From NCBI GenBank assembly GCA_044220955.1, contig JBGAQA010000116.1, positions 1-19,226 of the forward strand: DNA of 19,226 nucleotides, in the 5' to 3' direction. The notes beneath the pieces were generated by a model. It had not been told where the DNA came from and made no database searches. It saw nothing but the letters and a program-made list of their open reading frames with translations. Shown piece after piece: positions 18,058 to 19,226 of this stretch (position 1 is the first letter of the stretch; every line of letters starts with the position of its first letter). The position numbers were made by a program, and so were the translations under genes. The stretch comes from Sandaracinaceae bacterium (lineage in GTDB: Bacteria > Myxococcota_A > Polyangia > Polyangiales > Sandaracinaceae).

Positions 18058-19226
18058 CGGCCGACCTTGCGGGCGAGCTCGGTGAAGCCGAGCTCCATCA
18101 GGATGGGACGCCCGTGCGGGCAGTGGCTGGCGAAGTCGTCCACCTCGTCGAGCGAGCGGAGCAGCTCGCGCTGCTCGTCGGGCGAGAGCACGTCGCCGGC
18201 GCGGATGGCGCCGTGACACGCCATGGTCGCCAGCGCCGTGTCGATGGCGTCGCCGAAGGCGCGCGAGCCGGTCTTGGCGAGCTCGGCGAGCACGTCGCGC
18301 AGGAGCCGCTCGGCCGACGCACGCCGCGCGATCGCCGGAACGCCCCGCACGGCGAGGGTCGAGTCGCCGATCATCGCGACGTCGAGCCCGAGCTCGGCGA
18401 GCGTGCCGCGCTCGGACTCGGCGAGCGCGACCTCGCTCGCCAGCAGCTCCACGCGCTCGGGCAGGAGCAGGCGCTGGACGGCCACGGCCTTCGCGTCGTA
18501 CGCGGCACGGAGACGGTGGAAGCGCACGCGCTCGTCGGCCGCGTGCTGGTCGAGGACGACCAGGCCGGTCTCGCCCTCGCACACGAGATAGGTGCGCTTG
18601 GCCTGGCCCAGGACGCGCAGAGAGCCGAACGCGCCGCGGGGTTCGAGGGGGCCCCGTCCGCTCGAGGGCGAGGGTGAGGGCGAGGGACCGGACTCTCGCA
18701 GGACGGCCTCGCGCGCGGACGGCGCGTCGTAGGGCGTGCTGGCGAGGACGCCGCTGCCGGCGAGGCGCTCGGCCCAGAAGTCAGCGCCGCGAAAGCCGTC
18801 GGTCGGGGTCGTCGCGACCGCGGCCCGGAACGGAGAGGTGCCGAGCTCGCTCGCCAGCGCGCGCGTCACCGCCTCGAGCACGCGCCGCGCGTCGTCGAAG
18901 CGCACCTCGGCCTTCTGGGGGTGCACGTTCACGTCGACGCGCGCGCCGTCGAGCTCGATCCACACGACGCCGGTCGGGTAGCGGCCCGGAGGTACGACGC
19001 TGCCGTACGCCACGGCGATCGCGCGCGCGATCGCGCGGTCGCGCACCGGCCGCCGGTTCACGTAGAGGTGCAGGCCGTTCGCGCCGCTGCGTGCGCGCTC
19101 GGGCGGGCCCAGCATCGCGCGCACGCGGACGCCGTCGCGCTCGCCGGCGAGCTCGCGCAGGCGCTCGTCGGGGAAGAGCATCCGCGCCCGCTGCGCCCTG
19201 TCCTGCGCGGGCACCAGGTCGCGCAC
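18054..19226 (-). CDS. mutL: DNA mismatch repair endonuclease MutL, 5'-truncated by the window edge
   Basis: YVNRRPV, VDVNVHPQKAEVRF, DQHAADER, clamp-binding QRLLLP, MACH and CPHGRP motifs. Confidence 0.97.
   Translation of the reverse strand: MRDLVPAQDRAQRARMLFPDERLRELAGERDGVRVRAMLGPPERARSGANGLHLYVNRRPVRDRAIARAIAVAYGSVVPPGRYPTGVVWIELDGARVDVNVHPQKAEVRFDDARRVLEAVTRALASELGTSPFRAAVATTPTDGFRGADFWAERLAGSGVLASTPYDAPSAREAVLRESGPSPSPSPSSGRGPLEPRGAFGSLRVLGQAKRTYLVCEGETGLVVLDQHAADERVRFHRLRAAYDAKAVAVQRLLLPERVELLASEVALAESERGTLAELGLDVAMIGDSTLAVRGVPAIARRASAERLLRDVLAELAKTGSRAFGDAIDTALATMACHGAIRAGDVLSPDEQRELLRSLDEVDDFASHCPHGRPILMELGFTELARKVGR

Noticed and set aside
19224..19226. Apparent start codon of the 390-aa mutL ORF
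   Set aside because: Window-edge artefact; the N-terminal ATPase domain must lie beyond the window, so this is not evidence of a truncated gene.

Overview
Very GC-rich, gene-dense bacterial chromosomal segment. Cys-rich lipoproteins, a membrane-anchored Ser/Thr kinase-like protein, a bactofilin, a delta-type atp gene order and purine-rich intergenic repeats point to a myxobacterium (Myxococcota; inference). Recognisable housekeeping genes are trxA, hom, a partial ATP synthase operon (b', b, delta, alpha, gamma; no beta, epsilon, a or c in the window), miaA and the 3' part of mutL. Other genes are a vapBC-type toxin-antitoxin pair with a clear palindromic operator, a DoxX-like protein, a DUF2892 protein, two predicted outer-membrane beta-barrel proteins, an SGNH-type hydrolase, an amidohydrolase, two lipoproteins, a beta-propeller protein and a TPR-like membrane protein. 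I found no rRNA, tRNA, CRISPR array, transposase or phage gene, and no convincing new multi-gene system. The best leads are: (1) an ATP synthase alpha subunit with a ~46-aa internal insertion and a poly-Lys C-terminal tail; (2) a pseudokinase whose linker carries repeated short motifs; (3) a REP-like palindrome found once between genes and once, degenerate and in frame, inside the MutL linker; (4) -10-like hexamers 6-9 nt before many start codons, suggesting widespread leaderless mRNAs. All family assignments come from reading motifs by eye, not from database searches.
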